DNA from: a virus
Lineage: Duplodnaviria; Heunggongvirae; Uroviricota; Caudoviricetes
DNA: 64,000 nucleotides
IMG/VR virus record: IMGVR_UViG_3300035208_004239
Span: 195,611-259,610 of that record
Reading direction: 5' to 3' (one strand)
The position numbers and the translations under genes are program-made. Under the pieces are notes generated by a model that was not told where the DNA came from, did not search any database, and saw only the letters and a program-made list of their open reading frames with translations. Below are positions 6,273-17,200 of this stretch, in pieces (the first letter of the stretch is position 1; each line of letters begins with the position of its first letter).

Positions 6273-7901
6273 ATGAAAGATTTGGTATTAACACAAAAAA
6301 TGCTCAGTATAGTAAAACAATCATTAATTGATGGTTTAACTGTTGCAAGTGGTGCTAAGAGCAGTGCTACTTATTACCATAAGAAAGAAGATCAAACAAA
6401 AGCTATTCAAACTCAAATTAGGAATTTGTATATGCTTTCGAAAGAATTACCTTTAATTGTAGCAAATCAAAAAGGTGCTACAGGTCTGTTTATTTCAGAG
6501 GTATTACTTAATGAATTTAAAAGTACTTTAAGGGGTGGAGCATGTAATATTGTTAATCCACTTGACTGGTATGATAATGGATTAAGTGATAAAGCAGTTT
6601 TGTCTGCATTAAATAATCTTGGTGAAAATGGTATTCCATATGTTCTTCGTTTATTTGTGGGATTGAAAAGTGCTAAAGTAAATAATGAAAGATCAAGAAA
6701 GATTGCACTTGGTTTTATTTGGGGTCAATCAAATCTTGAATTTTATACGATGAAATATCGTAATAAGATTGCTCAGGTTTTAAAACATATTTATGGAAAT
6801 AAAATGACATCAGTATTGCTTTCAATAGCAAGTAAGCAGATAACATATCCTACTGGAATTAGTAATGAAAAGGAAGGAAATATTGCAAATGAATTAATTT
6901 TGAAGTATTTTAATGGTGATGCAATTAAAGCATTTAAACTATTACTTTTTATTTACAAAAGGGATGATAATATCACTTATGATGTAACAGAATTTCCTCT
7001 TTTGAGTGAATATCAAAAAGCAAAAGTAGATGTTACTGGAATTAAAACTGTACCGGAAGAAGTTCTTTTGGGTTTAATTTCAAGTGTAAAACATCCACAA
7101 TATCATTCAATGTGGGCAACAAAACTTCAGAAAGAAACAACAAAAGCTTTAATTAGGAAAAATGTTGAAGTTACTTCTATTAACCAGCAGGTACGTCAAA
7201 CAAAATCGACAGCTAAGTTAGGTGTTGAAAAAAATGTTGACTTGGAAAAGGCAACTGATTTCTTAGCACTTTACAAAACTGGTTATGAAAATGGTTTTAC
7301 TAATGAAATTAAAACTGCAATTGATAAACTTGCAGAAAAGAAGAAGATTGATGGATTCTTTTATCAAAATATTGGTATTATTGTTGATAATAGTAATTCA
7401 ATGACTGGTCATAAACAAGAATCTAAAAACACCCCAAAAGCTATTGCAGAATTTACAGCAAAAGTTCTTTTGAAGTCTACAAAAACAGGTGTTATAATCG
7501 GAACTGAAGGTGAAGTTACTGATTTAGCTACTTCATTTATTGATTTATTAAAAAGGGAAAATCCTTTAAAACCATATGATGCAATTTTCATTTTAACTGA
7601 TGGTTATGAAAATGCTTATGATGGATTAACAAATGAAGTTATAGGTATTTGGACAGCAGAAAGTGGTAGAAATATTCCAATGTTTCAAATTTCACCAATT
7701 ACCAGTGCTGAAATGGGTGGTAATGTGAGAAAATTGGGTTCAAAGGTTATTACAATGGCAATTAACAATCCAGTAGCATTACAACCACAGATTAACGCAA
7801 GGTTGCTTGAAATTGATACCAAAAAGTGGCTTGAAAATCAGGTATTGGTTCTTGAATCTATACCAATTAAAAGGTCAAAAAAAATTAGTATTAACGTTTA
7901 A
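6273..7901 (+). CDS. divergent Ro60/TROVE-like protein with a C-terminal vWA domain
   Basis: 542 aa (Ro60-like size); long helical basic N-terminal region with a TYY motif; vWA MIDAS motifs IGIIVDNSNSM, TDLA and AIFILTDGYEN; adjacent to tRNA-like RNAs. Confidence 0.65.
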   Translation: MKDLVLTQKMLSIVKQSLIDGLTVASGAKSSATYYHKKEDQTKAIQTQIRNLYMLSKELPLIVANQKGATGLFISEVLLNEFKSTLRGGACNIVNPLDWYDNGLSDKAVLSALNNLGENGIPYVLRLFVGLKSAKVNNERSRKIALGFIWGQSNLEFYTMKYRNKIAQVLKHIYGNKMTSVLLSIASKQITYPTGISNEKEGNIANELILKYFNGDAIKAFKLLLFIYKRDDNITYDVTEFPLLSEYQKAKVDVTGIKTVPEEVLLGLISSVKHPQYHSMWATKLQKETTKALIRKNVEVTSINQQVRQTKSTAKLGVEKNVDLEKATDFLALYKTGYENGFTNEIKTAIDKLAEKKKIDGFFYQNIGIIVDNSNSMTGHKQESKNTPKAIAEFTAKVLLKSTKTGVIIGTEGEVTDLATSFIDLLKRENPLKPYDAIFILTDGYENAYDGLTNEVIGIWTAESGRNIPMFQISPITSAEMGGNVRKLGSKVITMAINNPVALQPQINARLLEIDTKKWLENQVLVLESIPIKRSKKISINV

Positions 7902-7912
7902 AAATTAATTAA

Positions 7913-8449
7913 TATGTTCAACTATCTAAGAATATTGTTGGATATGAAGGATATTATCAAATTAGTAATTTTGGAAGGGTAAGAAGTTTAAATAGGAATG
8001 AAATTAATATTAATGGTATTAATAGAAAATTGAAAGGTTCATTGAAAAATACTTTTATAAGTGAAGGTTATGTTTTAGTAACTTTATCAAAAAATAATAT
8101 AAATAAGTCACATACTATACATAGATTAGTTGCTGAAGCTTTTATTCCTTATTTAAATAATTTAAATGAAGTAAATCATAAGGATAGAAATAGAAAAAAT
8201 AATTTTTTATTAAATTTGGAATGGTGTACTTCAAGAGAGAATACTCATCATGCGAGAAGAAGAATGAAAAGTAGTAGTAAATATGTTGGTGTATCGCAAG
8301 ATAAACAAAATTCTCAAAAACCTTGGATATCAAGAATAACAATTTGTAATAAAACAAAATTTTTAGGTAGATTTGAAACAGAAGAATTAGCGTTTGAAGT
8401 ATATAATTTAGCATGTGAAAAAATAAATATTAAAATTAATTTATTATGA
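7913..8449 (+). mobile_element. NUMOD4-HNH-AP2-like homing endonuclease (5' end lacks an in-frame ATG)
   Basis: The frame upstream of the TTG at 8030 reads KNIVGYEGLYQISNFGRVRS (NUMOD4); HRLVAEAF...VNHKDRNRKNN...NLEW HNH motif; SKYVGVS...LGRF AP2-like tail. Confidence 0.8.
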
Positions 8450-9552
8450 ATACAAGAGATTTTACTGAACTATTAAAAGGTTGTCGTCCAATTAAAGATA
8501 AAAACGGTAACATAGTAATACAAAGCATATTAAATATGCAAGTTGTATGTTTAACGACTGATAAAGAATATTCTATGGATGAACGTTTTGCTAATCCATT
8601 GACTTCATTAGTTGCTGGTAATTCTACATATGGTCAGATTAGTTTTACCAATAAAGAAGATAAGGAAATTATTTTACCAACACAAATGGCGGTAATTACT
8701 AAACAAAGTGCTCAGAATCATGGTATGACCAAAGCAGGTTATATGGCAAGTAAATCAAACATTACTTACCATGATGCTGGTTGTGTTCAAGGTTCTCAGG
8801 GTGGAACATTTAGAGGTACTCAGGAATTTCGTATGCTTCCGATAACTATGCGTGAAATGGTATTTGATACTATCGGAAAACCATCTGATCTTGGTAGAAT
8901 TTATCCGGCTATTGAAAAATTAGGTCGTGAAACCGATTCAGGTACTGGTCGTTATCTTAATGTATATTTTGAAAAATATGATAAGAAACTTGAACAATTT
9001 ATTGCTCACTTTGAACGTCCCAAAAACCTTATTGGTGTTGTTATATTAATTGATGGTGAAATTGTTGCAATTGATAAATTTCCTTCATTTACTTATGCTG
9101 AACAAGTTTGGGATTTAATGATTCGTGACTGTTATGGTGCACTTGCAATTATAAGTGAATTGAAGCAGAAAACTTCAAACACTGAATTTACTCAGGCATA
9201 TGAAGAAATTAAAAAAAATCATCAAGATAGTATTGTTGATTTACTTGAAAAAGCATTAATTAGAACTAAAGAAAAGATGACTGCAAATGTTCAGGAAAAA
9301 ATTCAGGAAGTTCTTGATCTTACTTTCGATGCAACAATTGATGTTGAAGGTAATCCTTCTTCTACAAGTAGAGCACCAAAAAGTTATGTTCTTAAGACAG
9401 AGAATAATGATTATATTGGTCAAGTTATTTGTCAAAATGAATTTAATTTCTTAGTTTCAATAGTAAAAAGGGAGAATTTTAATCCTGAAGCATATCGTAA
9501 TGTAAATGAATTAAAACGTAAAGCACAAAAACAAAATAGGTTTACTTTATAA
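8446..9552 (+). CDS. ARPP-like (DUF6569-type) protein
   Basis: YGQISFTN...QSAQNH...GCVQ and IGVVILIDGEIVAIDKFPS...W...YG patterns recalled from ARPP-1/ARPP-2 family proteins. Confidence 0.55.
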   Translation: MNTRDFTELLKGCRPIKDKNGNIVIQSILNMQVVCLTTDKEYSMDERFANPLTSLVAGNSTYGQISFTNKEDKEIILPTQMAVITKQSAQNHGMTKAGYMASKSNITYHDAGCVQGSQGGTFRGTQEFRMLPITMREMVFDTIGKPSDLGRIYPAIEKLGRETDSGTGRYLNVYFEKYDKKLEQFIAHFERPKNLIGVVILIDGEIVAIDKFPSFTYAEQVWDLMIRDCYGALAIISELKQKTSNTEFTQAYEEIKKNHQDSIVDLLEKALIRTKEKMTANVQEKIQEVLDLTFDATIDVEGNPSSTSRAPKSYVLKTENNDYIGQVICQNEFNFLVSIVKRENFNPEAYRNVNELKRKAQKQNRFTL

Positions 9553-9569
9553 TATAAAGATTAAAAAAT

Positions 9570-9603
9570 AAAAACCCCGCAACAGCATTTGCGGGGTTTT
9601 TTT
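9570..9603 (+). terminator. intrinsic terminator
   Basis: aaaaaccccgcaa-cagcat-ttgcggggttttttt. Confidence 0.85.
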
Positions 9604-9675
9604 ATAATATATAGTATAGATAATTAAATTTAATATATTTTTTTCTGTATTTATATTAAATAAATTCAAACTAAA

Positions 9676-10641
9676 ATGTTTGAATTTGCTAATTGGGGGT
9701 ACGGTTATATAATTATAAAAATTATGGGAAATTTAACAACAATAGAATTTATTGAAAGAGCAAAAAAATATCATAGAAATAAGTATGATTATTCAAAATC
9801 GATTTATTGTAAATGTTTAGATAAATTAATAATTTCTTGTAATATTCATGGTGATTTTAAACAAACGCCTAATTCACATTTAAATGGTCAAGGATGTCCA
9901 AAATGTGGAATTATAAAAAGAGGAAATGATAAAATATTAAAAGCAAATAAAAATTTTAAATATAAAGCAAATAAAATTCATAACAATAAATATGATTATT
10001 CGATAACAAATTATAGTAGTAGTAGAAATAAAGTAGAAATTATTTGTTTCGAACATGGAATATTTGAACAAATTGCTTCTGATCACTTGAACGGACATTG
10101 TTGTCCCAAATGTTCACATCCAAGTAAAAAATTAACAACAGAAGAATTTATTAAAAAGGCAAATAATGTTCATAATAATGTATATGACTATTCATTTGTA
10201 AAATATATTAATGCACATAAAAAAATAAAAATTTTTTGTAAAAAACATGGTGAATTTTCACAAAAACCGAATTCACATTTATGTGGTCAAGGTTGTCCAT
10301 TTTGTAATAATTCAAAGGGTGAAGAAAAAATTACTCAATTTTTGAAAAAAAATCATATAATTTTTGAATATCAAAAAGGATTTGATAATTGTAAAAACAA
10401 TAAACATAAATTATATTTTGATTTTTATTTACCTGAAAAAAAAACGTTAATAGAGTATGATGGTATTCAACATTATTATGCATTTGAACATTTTGGTGGT
10501 AATTTAAAACTTAATAAAATTCAACAAAATGATAAAATAAAAACAGAATATGCAATAAATAATGATTTAATATTATTACGTATAAAATATACTGAAAGAA
10601 ATAATATTTCTGAAATATTAAAAAATAATATAAGTGTCTAA
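9676..10641 (+). mobile_element. putative homing endonuclease: repeated Zn-ribbon modules plus a C-terminal PD-(D/E)XK-like nuclease
   Basis: Three YDYS...CxxHG.F.Q...HL.G..CPxC repeats; SKGE and FDFYLP...IEYDGIQH. Confidence 0.75.
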
Positions 10642-10652
10642 TAATTAAGTAT

Positions 10653-11717
10653 ATGGGATTTTTTGCAAGACCTGACCTGAGTGATATTAGTTTTAAACAA
10701 TTACCTGACAGTTTATTAACATTATCTGGTCAGACCAGAATTGCTACAACAAGTGGTTTAACTTTGACTAATGGTATTGGTGGATTTGTTCCAATAATTG
10801 CTACTGGTAATACTGCGGGTAGTGTTTTAACTTATCGTGGTGGTAGAATTTCTTTAGAAGGATCGGCAACTTCTGGTGAAAGTAGATATTATTGTGCATC
10901 ACCTACAACATGTACTGTTGGTGGATTACTTTCAGGTAGTAATATTACTGGTTGTACAATTACAAGCATCCTTGAATGTATTTTAGTTCCACCAATCCCA
11001 TTATCAACAAGTTTAAGTGTTATTAATTATTATAGTGGTGGTAGCACAAGCGCAAGTATTAGACAATTTGGTGATGTTTCATTTGGTTGTTTAGGTTGGT
11101 GTGTAGTTAAAAACACAAACGATATTTGTGGAATAATTATAAGTACTGATGGTACTGGTATTTATGATACAGCATTATTATCTGGTGGTACAATAAATGT
11201 TAGTACTGGTGGAACAATTGGATATACTTTTAATGAATATTTATATGCTGATCCTTCTATTGGTGGTTCTGTTCCGGCAGCATCTGCATGTACTTCAACA
11301 ACAGCATATTATTGTTTAAGTGCTGTTTCAACAACTAATGAATTAAGCAGTACTTCTGCATCAATTTTATGGAGAAATAAAGCATATTGTTTTATTAATA
11401 ATCTCGCATATTATTGTGGTAATTGTATTGGTGTAGATGCATTAATGTGTGTTGCTAATCAATCATTTGTTAGTACAAGTTTAGCGTTTAATACTTCATA
11501 TACATTAAATAATGAATTTTTTTATTATGCATATCCTGCAGTTTTAGGAACACCATCATTTACAGTAAATGGTTTACCTAATAATGCTTGGGGAAATCTT
11601 TCTATAGGTACATTATTTACTATGACATTTGTTAATGCAAATAATTATAGTAATGAATATTATATTGCAAGATCAGATAGTAGAATAACTGGAACATATT
11701 GCATAATAGCAAGTTAA
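10653..11717 (+). CDS. putative virion structural protein (Ser/Thr/Gly/Cys-rich)
   Basis: Composition, beta-rich character and position ahead of the tail/adhesin genes. Confidence 0.5.
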   Translation: MGFFARPDLSDISFKQLPDSLLTLSGQTRIATTSGLTLTNGIGGFVPIIATGNTAGSVLTYRGGRISLEGSATSGESRYYCASPTTCTVGGLLSGSNITGCTITSILECILVPPIPLSTSLSVINYYSGGSTSASIRQFGDVSFGCLGWCVVKNTNDICGIIISTDGTGIYDTALLSGGTINVSTGGTIGYTFNEYLYADPSIGGSVPAASACTSTTAYYCLSAVSTTNELSSTSASILWRNKAYCFINNLAYYCGNCIGVDALMCVANQSFVSTSLAFNTSYTLNNEFFYYAYPAVLGTPSFTVNGLPNNAWGNLSIGTLFTMTFVNANNYSNEYYIARSDSRITGTYCIIAS

Positions 11718-11730
11718 TAAAGAAAATAAT

Positions 11731-14226
11731 ATGGCAGAATATTTTAAAGGAACATTATTAGCTTCTCCAATAGTGAGAGGTTCATCGGGGGATACTTATG
11801 GTACTCATCATTCCGTACTTGGTGTTGGTGGTTATATGGAATTTAAAACTCTTGATGAAAGAGATGCATTACCAGTTAATGATGATGAAACGACTGGATT
11901 AAATTATGATGAAATTTCAAGTGGTCAACGTAGACTTGGAATGATTGTTCATGTTTTAGATACAAACGAATTATATCACTTACATCCTAAAACTTCTGGT
12001 GGTACATATATTACTTTAACTGAATGGTATTCATTATATCCAACAAATAGTGCTAAAATAAATGCATTAGGTGATAATAATAATTGGTATGTATTACCAT
12101 TCGGTATTGATAGTGAAGATATTGGTGAAAGAATTAGTAAAGAATATACTCAAAGTGGAAATAGTTTTCAACTTGGTGATATTCTTGGACATAATGGTAC
12201 TGAGTTTTTAAGAGTTAATGCATTTACTGCAAAAACATATGAACCATTAGGTATAGTAACAACCAGTGGATCAACATTTATTTTAACATTTGTTGGTAGA
12301 ATTAGTACTACAGGTATTGTAGATTATACTGGTAATACGTTAAGTGCAGCAACAGTTTATTATCTTGCTTCAACTGGTTTTACTGGTTGGGTATCAGATT
12401 TTGGTGATGGTAAATTAACAAATATTGCACCAACTGGTCTTGATGAAATGTCAAAACCAATGCTTGTTACTACAAGTATTAGTTCTGGAATTGTTTTACA
12501 ATACAGAGGAATGTCAAAAAGTGAACAAGGTTTATCTATTGGACAATTTAATATATATACTGGTGATACCCAAACAAAATATTTAGATCAACTGGTTACT
12601 GGAGCAACAAATATTGGATATTTTACCGGATATACCAGTGTACAAACAATAGATATTTTAACTTCAATTGCAGCATATAATGGTACATATCATTCGGTTT
12701 ATAATAATTATTATAGAGATATTAATGGTATTATTCGAATAGGAACACCAGATTATCATGGAGTATTAAGACGAGGATATGTAAGTAATTTTACTCCAAA
12801 AAAATCGTGGTTATATAATAAATATACTGGAAGTAGTAATCAAATTGGTTGGATTTTAGTTGATGGTGATATTACTGTAAATGTTGGTAATTTTTTAACT
12901 GCAGGTAATACTTCAGCAAATGTTGGATTTCCAGTATTTACTCAAACTGAATGGTGGAATACAGGAAGTAATACTGGTGATACTGGTGGAACTGGTTATT
13001 ATACTAATAGTGCTATTGCATTAGATGTTAATGGTAGTCTTTATAGTGGTGGAATATATAATATTGGAGGTCCTGTTTTTAGTAATAAAGAATATCAGGA
13101 ACTTCATTTTAGAACATTATTATCAAAAGGTTCTCAAATTGAAGTAACATATGATAATAATTTTATTTATATATCTGGAGGAACGTTCACAAATGTAACT
13201 GGTGCAACTGGAGGTATAAATATTGGTTCAGGTGTTGGTGTATATAGTGGAATAACTGGAAATATACTTGAATTTAAATCTATTATTGGTAGTGGTGGAA
13301 CAATAATTACGGATAACGGAGATTCAATTATAATTTATACAAGTGGTGGATCGGGTGCTGGAATGTATAATTTAAGTTCACCCTCTGTTATTCCACTTGG
13401 TGGAATATGTTCAGGTACAATTTTAACAGGAAAAACAGCATTTCAATTATTTGAAGAATTATTAGTTCCTGAGTTATGTGGTGTTATTACAGCACCATCG
13501 ATAGGAATTGGATTATCGTCTACTGGTACATTTGAAATAGGGTGTTCTCTTTCTCAAACAGTTACTGGTACATTTAGTAGAGGATGTATTAATCCACAAT
13601 ATTGTAGTATTTCAAATAAAAGAAGTGGTAGTGTAAATGCATATTGTTTTACTGGTACTGGAATGCCATCAGGATTTCAAACATGTTTAGTATCACCTGC
13701 AATTCGAATAAGTTCAGGTTATACGGTAATATCTGGTTCACAATCATGGGGTGTTTGTGCATCTTATAATGCAGGTAATCCGGCATTGGGTAGTAAAGGA
13801 ACTCAATATTGTGCAGCTTTGATTTCTGGTTGTACATCTGCATCAAGTGCAAGTATTACTGGTATATATCCATATTATTATGGTAAACTTACTTGTGGTA
13901 TACGTCCTCCAGTAAGTAATAATTTAATTACTGGTGGTTCTAAAGTAGTATCAAGCAGTACTGGTACAGTAACACTTACTTTTAGTAGTTCTTCAAGTGA
14001 ATATACTTGGGTTGCAATACCATCAACATCAACTTCGAAAACATGTTGGTATGTAAATGCATTAGATAATGGTAATATAAATAGTAGTCCGGGTGATAAA
14101 TATCCTGATGAATGTGTATTTATTGTATGTTCAGGTGAAGGATGTTGGTCAAGTATCAATTATAAAATATATATGAGTGGAACTGTTGGTGCAATAACAG
14201 ACCCAATTCAATTCAGAAACAGTTAA
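11731..14226 (+). CDS. putative virion structural / tail fibre-associated protein
   Basis: 831 aa, G/T/S-rich; C-terminal part resembles ORF 10653 (SP..GG..SG..TG.T...LE.LVP). Confidence 0.5.
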   Translation: MAEYFKGTLLASPIVRGSSGDTYGTHHSVLGVGGYMEFKTLDERDALPVNDDETTGLNYDEISSGQRRLGMIVHVLDTNELYHLHPKTSGGTYITLTEWYSLYPTNSAKINALGDNNNWYVLPFGIDSEDIGERISKEYTQSGNSFQLGDILGHNGTEFLRVNAFTAKTYEPLGIVTTSGSTFILTFVGRISTTGIVDYTGNTLSAATVYYLASTGFTGWVSDFGDGKLTNIAPTGLDEMSKPMLVTTSISSGIVLQYRGMSKSEQGLSIGQFNIYTGDTQTKYLDQLVTGATNIGYFTGYTSVQTIDILTSIAAYNGTYHSVYNNYYRDINGIIRIGTPDYHGVLRRGYVSNFTPKKSWLYNKYTGSSNQIGWILVDGDITVNVGNFLTAGNTSANVGFPVFTQTEWWNTGSNTGDTGGTGYYTNSAIALDVNGSLYSGGIYNIGGPVFSNKEYQELHFRTLLSKGSQIEVTYDNNFIYISGGTFTNVTGATGGINIGSGVGVYSGITGNILEFKSIIGSGGTIITDNGDSIIIYTSGGSGAGMYNLSSPSVIPLGGICSGTILTGKTAFQLFEELLVPELCGVITAPSIGIGLSSTGTFEIGCSLSQTVTGTFSRGCINPQYCSISNKRSGSVNAYCFTGTGMPSGFQTCLVSPAIRISSGYTVISGSQSWGVCASYNAGNPALGSKGTQYCAALISGCTSASSASITGIYPYYYGKLTCGIRPPVSNNLITGGSKVVSSSTGTVTLTFSSSSSEYTWVAIPSTSTSKTCWYVNALDNGNINSSPGDKYPDECVFIVCSGEGCWSSINYKIYMSGTVGAITDPIQFRNS

Positions 14227-14241
14227 TAAATAAATAAATAA

Positions 14242-17200
14242 ATGGCTATAAATTTAAGTGATAATATTAAAATTAATGCTCCAAAACCAATTGAGAGTAA
14301 GTATTTAAATGTAACTATACCATATACAAGTATAAGTGAAGTTAATAGTTGTATACCAATAGGTGAAAGACATATTGGTTTAGTAGTTAATATTAATAAT
14401 TCTAATTATTGGTATGGTACTGGTGTTACCGATGGGTCATTGGTCTCAATAAATAATGATATTATAATTAATGAAGATCAAGTAACAAATCTTCCAGAAG
14501 ATTTAATATCATTACAAGATCAAATATATAATTTAAATGCTGTACAAACTACAACAATATATTATTTTGAAAATACACCAAGTGATATTCCAACATATGA
14601 GGGTTTAGTGACATTACCTCAAACCATTTCAGGTGTAAGCGAATCGGTTAGTATTAATGGAAGTACTTCTGTTTTTGATGCATATGCAACACCACTCGGA
14701 ATACCAAATGTTAATGAAATACCTGCAGGTTTATGGATTTTTCATACACATGCACAATTTTCATCAACAACTGGTTTAAATTATATACATTGGGATGCAT
14801 ATAAAAGAACATCTGGTGGTACTGAAACGTTATTGTTTAGGGCATCAACTTCCGATATTAATACAACAGCATTGGTTGAATATCAAGTTGAAATGATATA
14901 TAGCGCAATTACAATGAATTATTCTGATAGATTAGTTGTTAGAATTTTGGCTGAAACTACTGGTGGTGGAAAAACTGCAACAGTTTATTATAGTGGTGTT
15001 GATAATTTTGGTTTTATTCAACCACCTCTTACAACTAATGTAAGTCCACAATGGAATTCAATAGTAAATAAACCATTATGGTTAACTGGTCAAACATTAA
15101 GCGCATTTGAAAATGATCATAGTCATTCACAATATGAATTACTTTCTAATTTCAATACATATACCGGTAATACTGAAAATAGATTAGAAAATATTGAAAA
15201 TGATATTTTAATAATATCTGGTTTAACAGGTAATTTAATAACTGGTGCAACAAATGGATTGTCAATTGTTGATAGTAATGTTGTTTTAGGTGGTACATTA
15301 ACTGGTGATACTACCATTGATTTAAATAATAAATTATTAGATTTCACAAACCAAACAATTCCATTTATAATTGGTAATTTATTTAATGATAGTGTCACTT
15401 CAATAGCAATACAAAATGATAATAAGATATTAGTTAGCGGTGTATTTACTACTTATTCAGGGGTAACTGCAAATAGAATTATTCGATTAAACACTGATGG
15501 TAGTATTGACAATACATTTAATTCTGGTAGTGGATTTGATAATAATGTTAATTTAATAACAATACAATCAGACAATAAGATTTTAATTGGTGGTGATTTT
15601 ACTTCATATTCAGGGGTAACTGCAAATAGAATTATTCGATTAAACACTGATGGTATAATCGATAATACTTTTAATACTGGTAGTGGATTTGATAATGACG
15701 TTCGTTCAATAGCAATACAAGACGATAATAAAATATTGGTTGGTGGATTAAATTTTGTTACTTATTCAGGGGTAACTGCAAATAGAATTATTCGATTAAA
15801 CACTGATGGTAGTATTGACAATACATTCAATTCAGGTAGTGGATTTAATAATGGAGTTTTATCTATAGCAATACAAGATGATAATAAGATTTTAATTGGT
15901 GGATATTTTACTTCATATTCAGGGGTAACTGCAAATACAATTATTCGATTAAACACTGATGGTAGTATTGACAATACATTTAATTCTGGTAGTGGATTTG
16001 ATGATGGCGTTCGTTCAATAGCAATACAAGACGATAATAAAATATTGGTTGTTGGATTAAGTTTTACTACTTATTCAGGAGTAACTGCAAATAGAATTAT
16101 TCGATTGAATTCTGATGCCAGTATTGACAATACATTCAATTCAGGTAGTGGATTTAATTACAGTGTTAATTCAATAGCAATACAATCAGACAATAAAATA
16201 TTGGTTGGTGGTAGCTTTACCACATATTCAGGGGTAACTGCAAATAGTATTATTCGATTAAACACTGATGGTAGTGTTGATGATACATTCAATTCAGGTA
16301 GTGGATTTAATAATCCTATTTATTTTATGACAATACAATCAGACAATAAAATTTTAATTGGTGGATATTTTACTTCATATTCAGGAGTTAGTGCAAATTA
16401 TTTTATTCGATTAAACACTGACGGTAGTATTGATACTCAACAATATAATTATACTTTTGAGTTTAATAATAATACACTATCAGTTCCAAATTTAATTACA
16501 TCCGGATTTACTTTATCTAATGGTAGTCAAGGTGATGGATATGTATTAGAATCAAATAATTATGGAAATGCTTCATGGGTATCTATTTCCGGATTAATTT
16601 CGGGATTAACTGGTACTACAATAAATGCAACAAATGGATTGTCATTAATTGATAGTAATGTTGTTTTAGGTGGTACTTTAACTGGTGATACATATATTGA
16701 TTTAAATAATGATTTTTTTAAATTTATTGATCAAATGATTCCATTTAATTTTGGTGGTGGATTTGATGGTAAAGTTAGTTCAATTATAATACAATCAGAC
16801 AATAAAATTTTAATTGGTGGATATTTTACTTCATATTCAGGAGTTAGTGCAAATAGAATTATTCGATTATATTCTGATGGTATAATCGATAATACTTTTA
16901 ATACTGGTAGTGGATTTGATAATGATATTTATTCAGTTGCAATACAATCAGACAATAAAATATTGGTTGGGGGTGGTTTTACCACATATTCAGGAGTTAG
17001 TGCAAATTATATTATTCGATTAAACACTGATGGTAGTATTGATAATACTTTTAATTCTGGTAGTGGATTTAATCTTAATGTTAATTCAATAGCAATACAA
17101 TCAGACAATAAAATTTTAATTGGTGGTAACTTTACCACATATTCAGGAGTTAGTGCAAATCATTTTATTCGATTAAACACTGATGGTAGTATTGATAATA

